A DNA stretch of 64,000 nucleotides from positions 1,156 through 65,155 of the forward strand of contig CALCZP010000003.1 in NCBI GenBank assembly GCA_937903035.1. Direction: 5' to 3'. The notes beneath the pieces are model-generated. The model was not told the origin of the DNA. It saw only the letters and a program-made list of their open reading frames with translations, and did no database searches. The stretch comes from an uncultured bacterium. GTDB lineage: Bacteria > Patescibacteriota > Minisyncoccia > Phycocordibacterales > UBA9973. Shown one piece after another: positions 28,468 to 37,539 of this stretch. The position numbers were made by a program, and so were the translations under genes. Numbering within the stretch: the stretch's first letter is position 1; each line of letters starts with the position of its first letter.

Positions 28468-28644
28468 ATGGGTGAATTAAAATGGTTTCTCTTGGCATTC
28501 TTCGGACTCTGGGCACTATGGGTACTTACTGGTGGACCGGCACGTATCGAGAACAGAAAACGTCCGTTTCTCGAGCAACCTTCTCCTATTGAAAGCGGCA
28601 AACCATACACCGTCCAAGAACTCAAGACCAAAAACAACCGCTAG
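28468..28644 (+). CDS. Small single-TM hypothetical protein
   Basis: LKWFLLAFFGLWALWVLTGGPAR...PF; TATACT -10 box just upstream. Confidence 0.65.
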   Translation: MGELKWFLLAFFGLWALWVLTGGPARIENRKRPFLEQPSPIESGKPYTVQELKTKNNR

Positions 28645-29123
28645 CGACCAAGCATCCGAAAGAGTGCGATACCTCCGGCAACTGACACATTGAGCGACTC
28701 TTTCATACCATTCATCGGAATTTCAGCGACACTATCTACAAGCGAAAGAATTTCTAGGGATATACCTGCAACTTCATTTCCGAGGATAAATGCCACTTTC
28801 TCTCCTACTTCAATATCCTTATAATCAATTGATCGATCAGATTGCTCAATTGCAATTATTTGAAATCCCTGCACATGAAGGCTTGCAAGCAATGATTCTA
28901 TCGATTCGTACTGTTCCCAAGGTACCGACAGTTCTGCACCAAGTGCAGTTTTTATAACTTTCGTATTTGGTCTACCAAAACGATCAATGGGTGTCGATGT
29001 GATCCGAGAAAGATAGATTTTGGTAATACCCACAGCATCAGCGGTACGAAAGAGTGATCCCACGTTTTCAGCGCTTCGAATATCATGCAGTAGTAAAACA
29101 GCATTTGGAGCCTTTGCTTTCAT
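28641..29123 (-). CDS. TrmH/SpoU family RNA methyltransferase
   Basis: DIRSAENVGSLFRTAD, ILGNEVAG, EIPM.GMKESLNVSVA. Confidence 0.93.
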   Translation of the reverse strand: MKAKAPNAVLLLHDIRSAENVGSLFRTADAVGITKIYLSRITSTPIDRFGRPNTKVIKTALGAELSVPWEQYESIESLLASLHVQGFQIIAIEQSDRSIDYKDIEVGEKVAFILGNEVAGISLEILSLVDSVAEIPMNGMKESLNVSVAGGIALFRMLGR

Positions 29124-29181
29124 ATCAAAGCATGGTATAGTTTTTGACACATTTTGCAAATCAAAGTGTGATGATCAATAT

Positions 29182-29254
29182 GCCCCTATAGCTCAGTCGG
29201 TAGAGCAGCTCCCTTTTAAGGAGACGGTCGTAGGTTCGAATCCTACTGGGGGCA
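29182..29254 (+). tRNA. tRNA-Lys(TTT)
   Basis: GCCCCTATAGCTCAGTCGGTAGAGC...CTTTTAA...GGTTCGAATCCTACTGGGGGCA. Confidence 0.95.
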
Positions 29255-29298
29255 CTAGCGAACCGAATCCTCCTTTTACTAAGTAAAAAAGCCGTCAC

Positions 29299-29943
29299 CT
29301 AGTGAGCACTAGTAATGAGCATCATACCTACCCCAAGGAGTATTCCTCCGACAAACAATACCGTATCTTTTTTGTTTGCATGTTTCGTACCGATGAAGTA
29401 GAACTCGGCAATCACAAAACTGTATGAAAAGAGTGTTGCAATATCTGCAACAAATTCATAGCGGTGCAAAAAGTCTGCACCAAAAAATCCAGCAACAATA
29501 CCTGTTGTAATACCAATGCATGCAGTACCAACTACCCATATCCATCCAACATTCACAACCGTAAGGGCAGTACTCAAAAATGATTGCCGAACGATTTCAT
29601 GAAGTATGATACTTCCTGCAAACAACATTCCTGCAATCACACCACCAATACGAAAAGTTTCGACGGCAGTAAATCCATCGATTGCAGGATGTGCAATGTT
29701 TGCAAAGATGAGCACTGCGACAGGGATGACATCGATCGCCGAATCCCCTACATGATGATGACTATGTCCGAAATGACGAGACGTCAAGTATGCCATAAGT
29801 ATCCCAAGTGCAATTGCGGCTACCGCAATACCAACATAGATGGTGGGCAATAGCTCCAAAAACACATGCACCAGAAATACTGCCACGAGACCTGCCATGA
29901 CAGTGCGATATTGTTCAATTCGATCAAAAAAGATATTACGCAT
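29299..29943 (-). CDS. Putative ZIP-like metal transporter
   Basis: Multi-TM; HVFLELLP, HSHHH loop, H..IDG, ILHEI motifs; divergent from a Fur-family regulator. Confidence 0.65.
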   Translation of the reverse strand: MRNIFFDRIEQYRTVMAGLVAVFLVHVFLELLPTIYVGIAVAAIALGILMAYLTSRHFGHSHHHVGDSAIDVIPVAVLIFANIAHPAIDGFTAVETFRIGGVIAGMLFAGSIILHEIVRQSFLSTALTVVNVGWIWVVGTACIGITTGIVAGFFGADFLHRYEFVADIATLFSYSFVIAEFYFIGTKHANKKDTVLFVGGILLGVGMMLITSAH

Positions 29944-29945
29944 AC

Positions 29946-29966
29946 AATTGCAAGTTATTCGCATTT
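29946..29966. promoter_or_regulatory. Putative Fur/Zur-family operator between divergent genes
   Basis: Imperfect palindrome aatTGCAAGT-T-ATTCGCAttt in a 39-bp divergent intergenic region next to a TATACT -10 box. Confidence 0.5.
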
Positions 29967-29982
29967 GAGTATACTTTTGTGT

Positions 29983-30414
29983 ATGAAGAAGTCAACACCA
30001 ATTGATCCCGAATCAGTACTTATCGAACATGGATTCAAGCGAACCCCGCTCAGACTTGCACTTCTAGAGCTTTTCTCTCAATCAACCAAACCCTTCACTG
30101 CTACTGACCTCATCAAAAAAACAAAAAAAGTTGGCACTGATACTGCAACACTGTATCGAGCACTCACCGCATTTCTCGAGGCTGGTATTATCCAAAGTCT
30201 TGCACTCCAGAAAGACAAGGTTTCATACCAACTCAAATCATCACATACACACCACATCGTATGTAACAAATGCGGTACGATCGAGACGGTACCCTTTTGC
30301 ATTAGAGATATTACAAAAAAAGCTGTACTTACCTCCAAACTTTTCAAAGTGATCAACGAGCATCGACTCGAGTTTTTTGGAACTTGCAGAAAATGTATCC
30401 GCGCGGTACGGTGA
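29983..30414 (+). CDS. Fur/Zur family transcriptional regulator
   Basis: KRTPLR, ATLYRAL, HTHHIVCNKCG, HRLEFFGTCRKC. Confidence 0.93.
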   Translation: MKKSTPIDPESVLIEHGFKRTPLRLALLELFSQSTKPFTATDLIKKTKKVGTDTATLYRALTAFLEAGIIQSLALQKDKVSYQLKSSHTHHIVCNKCGTIETVPFCIRDITKKAVLTSKLFKVINEHRLEFFGTCRKCIRAVR

Positions 30415-30418
30415 TACT

Positions 30419-30796
30419 ATGTCTATGAAAAAGAAACAAATCATTACGTTCGCTGTTATCATACTCGTTGTTGCGGGACTCATTTCATTACTCGTTGTAC
30501 AAGCAAAAAAGCCCGGCAAGTATGATACCTTTGCGCAGTGCATCTCAGACAGTGGTGCAAAGTTTTATGGCGCATGGTGGTGTCCTCACTGTCAGGCAAC
30601 AAAGGCAATGTTTGGCAAGTCTGCAAAACTCCTTCCGTATGTTGAATGCTCAACCCCTGATTCAAAACCAATCCAGCAATGTACCGACCTCGGTATCAAA
30701 GGATATCCAACATGGAAGTTCGCTGATGGCAGTGAACTAAGCGGTGAACGCACTATGACCGAACTCGCCGAGAAAACGAATTGTGCCATCCAATAA
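30419..30796 (+). CDS. Membrane-anchored thioredoxin-like protein (DsbA/VKOR-partner type)
   Basis: TM, FYGAWWCPHC, YVEC, IKGYPTW. Confidence 0.88.
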   Translation: MSMKKKQIITFAVIILVVAGLISLLVVQAKKPGKYDTFAQCISDSGAKFYGAWWCPHCQATKAMFGKSAKLLPYVECSTPDSKPIQQCTDLGIKGYPTWKFADGSELSGERTMTELAEKTNCAIQ

Positions 30797-30797
30797 T

Positions 30798-31337
30798 ATG
30801 TCAGTCGAACTCTTCAACACACTTGCTGCCGTCAGTGTTATCGCGATCCAGATCGGTATCGTCGCACTGATTCTCGGCATGATTACCAAAGCTCCATTTG
30901 TACAGTGGATTGCTTGCTATGCACATATCATCCTTGGCGCACTTTTCATTGGTGGCTCGGTTGCAAGTTTTATCTACCAATACGGCTTCAGCTATGAGCC
31001 ATGTCTCCTCTGTTGGTACCAGCGCATTGCCATCATTCCGATTGCAATCCTCACTCTCACTGGCGACATCCGCAAGAGCTCACTCATGCGTAAACAGGTT
31101 CTCACGCTTGCGATCATCGGCTTTCTTGTCGCACTTTTTCACAACTATATCGACATCTTCCCGAGCGGCCTTGATGTGTGTGGTGCAGAAGGTGTGAGCT
31201 GTCTAAAGCGCTATGTGTATGAATTCGGCTATATCACCATTCCCATGATGTCGGCAACAATACTCCTTGCAGGCATACTCCTCTCCTTGATCACCAAGCG
31301 TTATCCACAGAACGACATTGTTACAACCACTAAGTAG
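30798..31337 (+). CDS. dsbB: Disulfide bond formation protein DsbB/BdbC
   Basis: EPCLLCWYQRI, second Cys pair C....SC, GYITIP.MS. Confidence 0.9.
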   Translation: MSVELFNTLAAVSVIAIQIGIVALILGMITKAPFVQWIACYAHIILGALFIGGSVASFIYQYGFSYEPCLLCWYQRIAIIPIAILTLTGDIRKSSLMRKQVLTLAIIGFLVALFHNYIDIFPSGLDVCGAEGVSCLKRYVYEFGYITIPMMSATILLAGILLSLITKRYPQNDIVTTTK

Positions 31338-31519
31338 GTCTATACTATAAGGAGTTGCTCTTTTGCATCCCAAACCTGTCAGTGCAGGATGCGCCAAAAC
31401 TCCCTGTTCCTCAATAGACGCTCTTTAAAAAGTACGCAACAAATAAAAACAAAAACTCATCGTTATATAGATACAAAAAGCTCCCTTAACTAAGGAGCTT
31501 TTTCTTTTTTCTATTTCAG

Positions 31520-32137
31520 TTAGGAAAGCAGTACTTTTTCAAGTGCGAGTTCAAGTGGTACTCCCCCTTTCCATGCATCAGCATGCGCAGTGATGAGTCG
31601 CTCATACAATGCCTTGTATACACCCGTAGTATCTTTCAACATCATGTCACGAACTTTCCAGTAGATAATACCAAGCATCGCTTCGGCTGAGTGATGTTCT
31701 GCAATCGCATAATATTTCAACCATCGGCTTTTTTTATCAGAGGTAGTGATCATATTCGATACATCATTGAACATCGTCTCTTTTTTTGTAACTGATTCTT
31801 TTCCTCCAGTGTGTACTACCGCTCCAGTTTTTTTGAACAATGCCACCAGTGGTGATGAAAGAGTAATTTCTTCAAAAATAAATATTGTCGGACTTGCAAG
31901 AAGTTTTTTTACAAACGGAAGACCAACATCATCAGCATGAGAACTTACTACAAATCGTGTATGTATTACTGGTAGTGTCGGACTAAAAAGTGATGGGTAG
32001 AGATACTGTTCAAGTTCACTAAATGTCACATCGGTGTCATGGAGCACAATGACCTCATCGCTTCCCGATTGCTTGATTGCTTCTGCAATATAAGAAGATC
32101 GAACTGTTTTATTATCAGCAACTACAAGAATAATCAT
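31520..32137 (-). CDS. holA: Reduced DNA polymerase III delta-like protein
   Basis: SLF motif, GIIYWKVR, helical collar ending LELALEKVLL; CPR-type short HolA. Confidence 0.6.
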   Translation of the reverse strand: MIILVVADNKTVRSSYIAEAIKQSGSDEVIVLHDTDVTFSELEQYLYPSLFSPTLPVIHTRFVVSSHADDVGLPFVKKLLASPTIFIFEEITLSSPLVALFKKTGAVVHTGGKESVTKKETMFNDVSNMITTSDKKSRWLKYYAIAEHHSAEAMLGIIYWKVRDMMLKDTTGVYKALYERLITAHADAWKGGVPLELALEKVLLS

Positions 32138-32598
32138 TAGAGTATTTTTTGTACGGATGATCGATATGTTTTGTATTCTCCATCTGCAGTAGTCGCAAGG
32201 ATCGACTCATACTTTTTGAAAAAAATATTTGAGACAAGGTACCCGATCAAGGTCGAAAGAAAAAGCATGAGCGAACCTGAGACCAGTGTGTAGCCCGCTA
32301 CAAGAATGAGGAGCCCAAGATGGGTTGGATTGCGCATATACCGATACGGACCAAAATGAAAGTATTTCTTTCCATACCCATGCGTTTGCTCGACATAACG
32401 AGATGTGTACTGTGCCCAGAAAATAAGTATTGGCCCAATAATGAAAAAAGTTATCGCAATATATAGTGCATAGGGAACATTCATTTCAAACCCAAGAAAA
32501 TAATCAGCAAACAATCCAAGCATACTACATACAAAGTGTACGAGATATGACTTCGCCAGCACAATATGGATAGATTCGTGTCGTTTCATAGCTTTCAT
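32137..32598 (-). CDS. ICMT/PEMT-like integral membrane methyltransferase
   Basis: GPYRYMRNPTHLG...E..L....GEY..Y. Confidence 0.75.
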   Translation of the reverse strand: MKAMKRHESIHIVLAKSYLVHFVCSMLGLFADYFLGFEMNVPYALYIAITFFIIGPILIFWAQYTSRYVEQTHGYGKKYFHFGPYRYMRNPTHLGLLILVAGYTLVSGSLMLFLSTLIGYLVSNIFFKKYESILATTADGEYKTYRSSVQKIL

Positions 32599-32607
32599 TG
32601 TATAGAT

Positions 32608-34962
32608 TTACTTGAGCTCATCAAGTCGTGCACCTTGTCCTACTGATACCTCAAGTGGAACCGGATCAACAGCTATGTCGATTGGTGTTCTGACAAAAAC
32701 GTCTTTCATTGCAGACTCAATGATCGCTCGTGCCTCATCCGCTACCGACGCATCAACCTCATAGACAAGCTCATCATGCACCTGAAGCACTAAGTGTACT
32801 TTGTCAATTAACCCCGCAGTTGCAAGATCTCTTTCGATCATCGGGATCGCGATCTTAATAATATCTGCCGCTGTTCCCTGAATTGGGGCATTACCCGCCA
32901 TACGTTCTGCAAATGCGCGAAGGAATGGTGCACTTGAGGTAATACCTGGAAAATAGCGACGTCGACCAAACAGTGTGGTTGTATATCCATGCTCTTTGGC
33001 ACCGGTTCGTACACTATCCATGTATGCGGCAATACTTGGAAATGCAGCAAAGTAGTCATTATAAAATATTGTTGCCTTTTCTTTCGTTGTACTGAGGTTT
33101 TTCTGAAGTGCTGATATACCCATACCGTAGATAATGCCAAAGTTGATCACCTTCGCTGCTCGTCGCATATCTTGAGTTACCTCAGAAGCTTCAACACCAA
33201 AGACTGATGATGCCACCGTCGTATGGATATCATCTCCGCGTTCAAATGTTGCGCGAAGTTTGCTGTCATTAGAGAGCATAGCAAGTACTCGAAGCTCTAT
33301 TTGTGAATAGTCACTTCCAATAAATACATGCCCGGGGGCAGCCATAAAGCCATGGCGAATCTCTTTTCCACCCTCCCCTTTTGCTGGAATATTTTGAAGA
33401 TTTGGATTGATTGATGAGAAACGTCCGGTTGTCGTCCCATGCTGGAGAAATGTTGCATGCACCCGGTCATGCTCATCTGCACAGCCAAGCAATGCTTCGA
33501 CATAGGTTGAGAGAAGCTTCTGTACTTCACGATGTTCGAGAATCATCGCAACTACTTCATGTTCTTCGCGAAGTGACTCGAGTGTTTCTGCGTTAGTCGT
33601 AAATGCACCACTAGCCTTTTTCTTTCCTTTTGGTTTAAGTTCAAGCTTTGTAAACAACAATTCAGAAAGTTGTTTTGGGGAATTGAGATTAATCGGACCA
33701 CTATTCACGGCATGTACCCTCTCTTCAATACCTTTCAATTGTAGCAACATTTTATCGCGAAGTGTTTCGAAATACGGTCGGTCGATCCTGATGCCACGCT
33801 TTTGCATCGTATCAATCACCGGCACCAGTGGTAGCTCAATGAGTCCAAAAACATCCCATAATCCGCGCTTTTTAAGCTCTGCCTCAATCGTCTCATACGC
33901 CTCTTTAAGCGTATGCTTGCGGGCACGAGTAAGAATAGCTTCGTATCCTGGTGCAGTGTCTTCTGAATAAAGCACCCACATCGCAATGGACGCCTTACGC
34001 AACAATTCAGGATCAATATCTTCCTCTGGTTTATCATCACTCACTGCAAAGAGTTTTTTGACGCGAGGAATCAAACTCCGGAATTCATATTCACCAAATA
34101 TTGCGAGAAGTTTTTCAGTATCAATATGATCTATATACGCAGCTGTTGGCATATCATAGACAATAGGCGCATCTCGTCTGATTGTTGCAAGCGTCTTTGA
34201 GAAAAATGCATCATCACGATGATCTCTCAAAATACCAATCATACGTTCAGAGATTCCTGCTGTTCGTACCCCTTCAGGATCGGTATCAAGTGCCTCATAG
34301 AGCCCTTCAATAGAACCCCATGTTGCAATAATAGTAGTTGCTGTCTTTTCGCCTATTCCAGGCACTCCTTTGATATTGTCGGATGGATCACCACGAAGCC
34401 CTTTGTAGTCGACGAGTTGGGATGGTTTGAATCCATAGCGTTCAACTACTCCTACTTCGTCATACAGCACCGTATCAGTCACTCCCTTTTTAAGGGTAAA
34501 GACTCTGATCTTGGTACCCTCAACAAGCTGAAGTGTATCCATATCCCCTGACGCAATCACGATATTGACTCCATCAACTGCACGATACTTCTCTACAAGT
34601 GTGCCTATTACGTCGTCAGCTTCAAATCCTTCTGCATCAAGACATGGAATACCAAACGCTTCAAATATGGTGCGAGAACGTATGAGCTGATCGCGCAGAT
34701 CATCATCAGTCTTTGCACGACCTGCCTTGTACGCATCATATGCTTGATGGCGAAACGTTGGTTTTGGCAAATCATATGCCGCAACAATCGCATCAGGTTT
34801 GAGCTCCTCAACAATACGAATGATCATTGATGCAAGACCGTAAAGCGCACCGGTCACCATACCATCACTCCGGGTGAAGCTCGGCAACGCATGATAGGCA
34901 CGATGGATAATCGCATGTGCGTCGAGAATGACGAGCGTTTTGGTGTTAGCTGTTTTTTTCAT
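32608..34962 (-). CDS. polA: DNA polymerase I (5'-3' exonuclease + polymerase; proofreading domain reduced)
   Basis: LDAHAIIHRAYHA, EADD, GDPSDNIKGV, TGRFSS..PNLQNIP, DYSQIELR, KVINFGIIYG, QVHDEL. Confidence 0.97.
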   Translation of the reverse strand: MKKTANTKTLVILDAHAIIHRAYHALPSFTRSDGMVTGALYGLASMIIRIVEELKPDAIVAAYDLPKPTFRHQAYDAYKAGRAKTDDDLRDQLIRSRTIFEAFGIPCLDAEGFEADDVIGTLVEKYRAVDGVNIVIASGDMDTLQLVEGTKIRVFTLKKGVTDTVLYDEVGVVERYGFKPSQLVDYKGLRGDPSDNIKGVPGIGEKTATTIIATWGSIEGLYEALDTDPEGVRTAGISERMIGILRDHRDDAFFSKTLATIRRDAPIVYDMPTAAYIDHIDTEKLLAIFGEYEFRSLIPRVKKLFAVSDDKPEEDIDPELLRKASIAMWVLYSEDTAPGYEAILTRARKHTLKEAYETIEAELKKRGLWDVFGLIELPLVPVIDTMQKRGIRIDRPYFETLRDKMLLQLKGIEERVHAVNSGPINLNSPKQLSELLFTKLELKPKGKKKASGAFTTNAETLESLREEHEVVAMILEHREVQKLLSTYVEALLGCADEHDRVHATFLQHGTTTGRFSSINPNLQNIPAKGEGGKEIRHGFMAAPGHVFIGSDYSQIELRVLAMLSNDSKLRATFERGDDIHTTVASSVFGVEASEVTQDMRRAAKVINFGIIYGMGISALQKNLSTTKEKATIFYNDYFAAFPSIAAYMDSVRTGAKEHGYTTTLFGRRRYFPGITSSAPFLRAFAERMAGNAPIQGTAADIIKIAIPMIERDLATAGLIDKVHLVLQVHDELVYEVDASVADEARAIIESAMKDVFVRTPIDIAVDPVPLEVSVGQGARLDELK

Positions 34963-35380
34963 AGGTAATTCGTCGTCCAGCTCCTTCATGACTGATATGA
35001 TACTGTGCGATATCATGCGGAAGTGCGTCCTTGATACGCTCTGGCCATTCAACAACAAGGACTGTCTTTGGTCGCGCAAGAAGTGATTCAAACCCAAGCG
35101 ATGCAAGCTCATCGAGCGATTCAATCCGATAGGCGTCCATATGCGCAAGCATATCAAATCCCGGATGATTCGCATCATAAAACTTCGCAATAACAAATGT
35201 TGGACTTACGACTGTCTCACTTATACCCATCAATCGGGCGATTTCCTGGGTAAGGGTGGTCTTCCCCGCTCCCAAATCCCCGGTGAGTCCGATGACTGTA
35301 GCGCCTTCTTTAGTCGCCAAATCTGAGACAATCATCTGTGCAATTCGAGAGATTTCTGTAGGATCGTAATACTCGTTCAT
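34946..35380 (-). CDS. tsaE: tRNA threonylcarbamoyladenosine biosynthesis ATPase TsaE
   Basis: GDLGAGKTT, SPTF, HMDAYR, VEWPE. Confidence 0.95.
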   Translation of the reverse strand: MNEYYDPTEISRIAQMIVSDLATKEGATVIGLTGDLGAGKTTLTQEIARLMGISETVVSPTFVIAKFYDANHPGFDMLAHMDAYRIESLDELASLGFESLLARPKTVLVVEWPERIKDALPHDIAQYHISHEGAGRRITYEKNS

Positions 35381-35396
35381 ACCCCCATACTAGCAC

Positions 35397-35425
35397 AAAG
35401 GCCGGCCCCATTGGGGCCGGCCTTT
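35397..35425. terminator. GC-rich intrinsic terminator
   Basis: aaaggccggcccc-att-ggggccggccttt. Confidence 0.8.
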
Positions 35426-35446
35426 GATACGTAATTCTCCTAGCGT

Positions 35447-37408
35447 TTAGTACTTATTTTCTTCACGCTTTTTGTAGAACTGACGTGCTACAAGGATAAG
35501 CGCAAGGATCACAAGGATGAGGAGCAACCATTCGAGCAATGTATCAGGAAGGAATGAACCAAAACCAAATGCATTTGCAACAAGAAGGTTTGGGCAATCC
35601 TCAGAGATCGTGAGCAATGAGTACGCAATTGCATCTTCTTGTCCACGAGTAAGACTATTAGTGTAGACCACTGAAGCAGTTGTTACTGCAAGGTTTCCAC
35701 GGATTGCGTCACTATTCACGCGAGCATGAATGATGACTGTACCTGACTCACCTGGAGCTACTGTACCAAGATCAAGCGTGAGCGCACGATCCACTACTTC
35801 ATAATGTCCGAGAGAAGATGACAAGTAAGTAATCTCTTTTGGATGAGTGATTCGAAGTACTGTATCAGTAAGGCTCTGGTTTGAGATGTTACGATACGTC
35901 ACTGTATAGTCGATTGTTCCACCTACACACATACGTTCATATGATGTTTGAACTTTGAGTTCAAGCAATGATGCTTCACTCTTTGCTGTTACGGTATCTT
36001 TTACGGTAACAGTCTTGATGATCACATTAGGAGTAGTGGTTACAGTAGTCGAACGAGTAGTCTGAAATCGAACAATATCACCATAGGCGGTACCGTTTTG
36101 ATTTTGGACAGCTGCACGATAGTAGTACACAGCTCCAGGAGTGAGGCCTGAAACAGTGGCATTGTAGTAAGTAGTACCACCATTTGAAGGGATTGACTGA
36201 CTTTGTGTTCGTGAACCAAGGTTTCCATTTGTTCCCCATTCAAACCATGCGGTTGTAGAACCAGTAGTTGTATTAGGAACAGCAATACCATTGAGCTGTG
36301 CAGAGTATCCACCAAGGACACTTGCAACAGTCGTGATCGCCTGAGGTGCACTATTGGTTACCTTTGTACCAACATTGATCGTAATACTCTTTGAACGACT
36401 ACAATCATCAGCAGTGAGCGTATAGGTTGTTGTTGAAGACGGACTTACGCGCACACTACCATCTTCACTTTTGTTCAAGAAATCTTGATCGTTTGATTCA
36501 ATATCAACTGATCCAGTATTGGTTGTTTTCCACGTAAGGGTAACTGTATCTCCACGAGAGATTGAGGTATCACTTGCTGAAAATGAATCAATACTACATG
36601 AGCTACTCTTACCAACAGTAACCTTTTCGGTATCAGTGTCTCCAAGATGACCGTCAAAGTCATATGCACGAAGGGTATAGGTTGTAGTTGCATCAGGACT
36701 GATAGTTACACTTCCATCAGCATCTTCATCATTGAAGTCCTGATCGTTTGATTCAATATCAACATATTCACAACCAGTAGTTGTCCATCGAAGTTTTGTT
36801 GAGTCACCATCATCGATTGACGTATCATCAGCACTAAAGCTATTGATCACACAGTCATTATTATTTGATGATGAGCCACCCACACGGTACTGCACAACAA
36901 CACTTCCCTGACCCTCCCATCCAGGAGCTACGTCACCAATTGACTGACCGTAGTTGTCATAGATATTACTTGCACTAATCGTTTGACCTGAAGTGCTCTG
37001 GTTTGGGTACCAAATTGCACCAATAAGCTGAAGGCTTGCAGATGAACTAAGATTCACGGTTGCAGATCCTTTTGCAACGACATAGCCGTTTGCAAGAACG
37101 CCACCACGAATCGTATGAGTTGAAGATACATTCGTAATTTCAGCTTGGTTCAATCCAACTGCTACATTAGCAGCTGTATAGTCACTCGTATTGTGATAAT
37201 AAATGTGAACACCAATAGTGTCACCAGGATTTGCCGTTACTGACGACTTCCAACATCCATCAACGGGACCAGGGGTACAACCGCTTTTTGACACAAGGAT
37301 TGTCGCCATGTCTTTTGCATCATTATTGAATGACTGCGCGTGTGCAACGGACACGGACATGCCAAGACCGATCACGAGAGCAATCATTGAAAAGATAATT
37401 TTTTTCAT
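35447..37408 (-). CDS. Cell-surface protein: signal peptide, Ig-like repeats, Fn3-like and DUF11-like domains, C-terminal TM anchor
   Basis: AHA signal; two SFSA..TSI..GD...L.W.TT..VDIESNDQDF repeats; AWFEWG...GLTPGAVYYYRA; YTVTYRN; LP.TLLEWLLLI anchor. Confidence 0.8.
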   Translation of the reverse strand: MKKIIFSMIALVIGLGMSVSVAHAQSFNNDAKDMATILVSKSGCTPGPVDGCWKSSVTANPGDTIGVHIYYHNTSDYTAANVAVGLNQAEITNVSSTHTIRGGVLANGYVVAKGSATVNLSSSASLQLIGAIWYPNQSTSGQTISASNIYDNYGQSIGDVAPGWEGQGSVVVQYRVGGSSSNNNDCVINSFSADDTSIDDGDSTKLRWTTTGCEYVDIESNDQDFNDEDADGSVTISPDATTTYTLRAYDFDGHLGDTDTEKVTVGKSSSCSIDSFSASDTSISRGDTVTLTWKTTNTGSVDIESNDQDFLNKSEDGSVRVSPSSTTTYTLTADDCSRSKSITINVGTKVTNSAPQAITTVASVLGGYSAQLNGIAVPNTTTGSTTAWFEWGTNGNLGSRTQSQSIPSNGGTTYYNATVSGLTPGAVYYYRAAVQNQNGTAYGDIVRFQTTRSTTVTTTPNVIIKTVTVKDTVTAKSEASLLELKVQTSYERMCVGGTIDYTVTYRNISNQSLTDTVLRITHPKEITYLSSSLGHYEVVDRALTLDLGTVAPGESGTVIIHARVNSDAIRGNLAVTTASVVYTNSLTRGQEDAIAYSLLTISEDCPNLLVANAFGFGSFLPDTLLEWLLLILVILALILVARQFYKKREENKY

Positions 37409-37539
37409 ATAATACTTACTTTTTTCTCACTTTATAATAACTACCACGTTTCAGCTCCTTATCGTTCGACCGATACGGAACTAAAATATAGAAAGGATGA
37501 TGATATACATCACCCTTTGTATTTTTTGGAAAGATACTG

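Noticed and set aside
31350-31405. Resemblance to a c-di-GMP-I riboswitch or SRP RNA (CAAACC...GGATGC...AAAACTCC)
   Set aside because: Lacks the GNRA tetraloop and P2 consensus, the SRP GGAA/AGCAG motif and a downstream gene; kept only as an unidentified RNA candidate.
34963-35196. 78-aa N-terminal extension of PolA
   Set aside because: Overlaps tsaE in another frame; PolA homology begins after MKKTAN.
36486-36763. 23-bp direct repeat tgatcgtttgattcaatatcaac
   Set aside because: Explained by the tandem Ig-like domain duplication (VDIESNDQ) within the surface protein.
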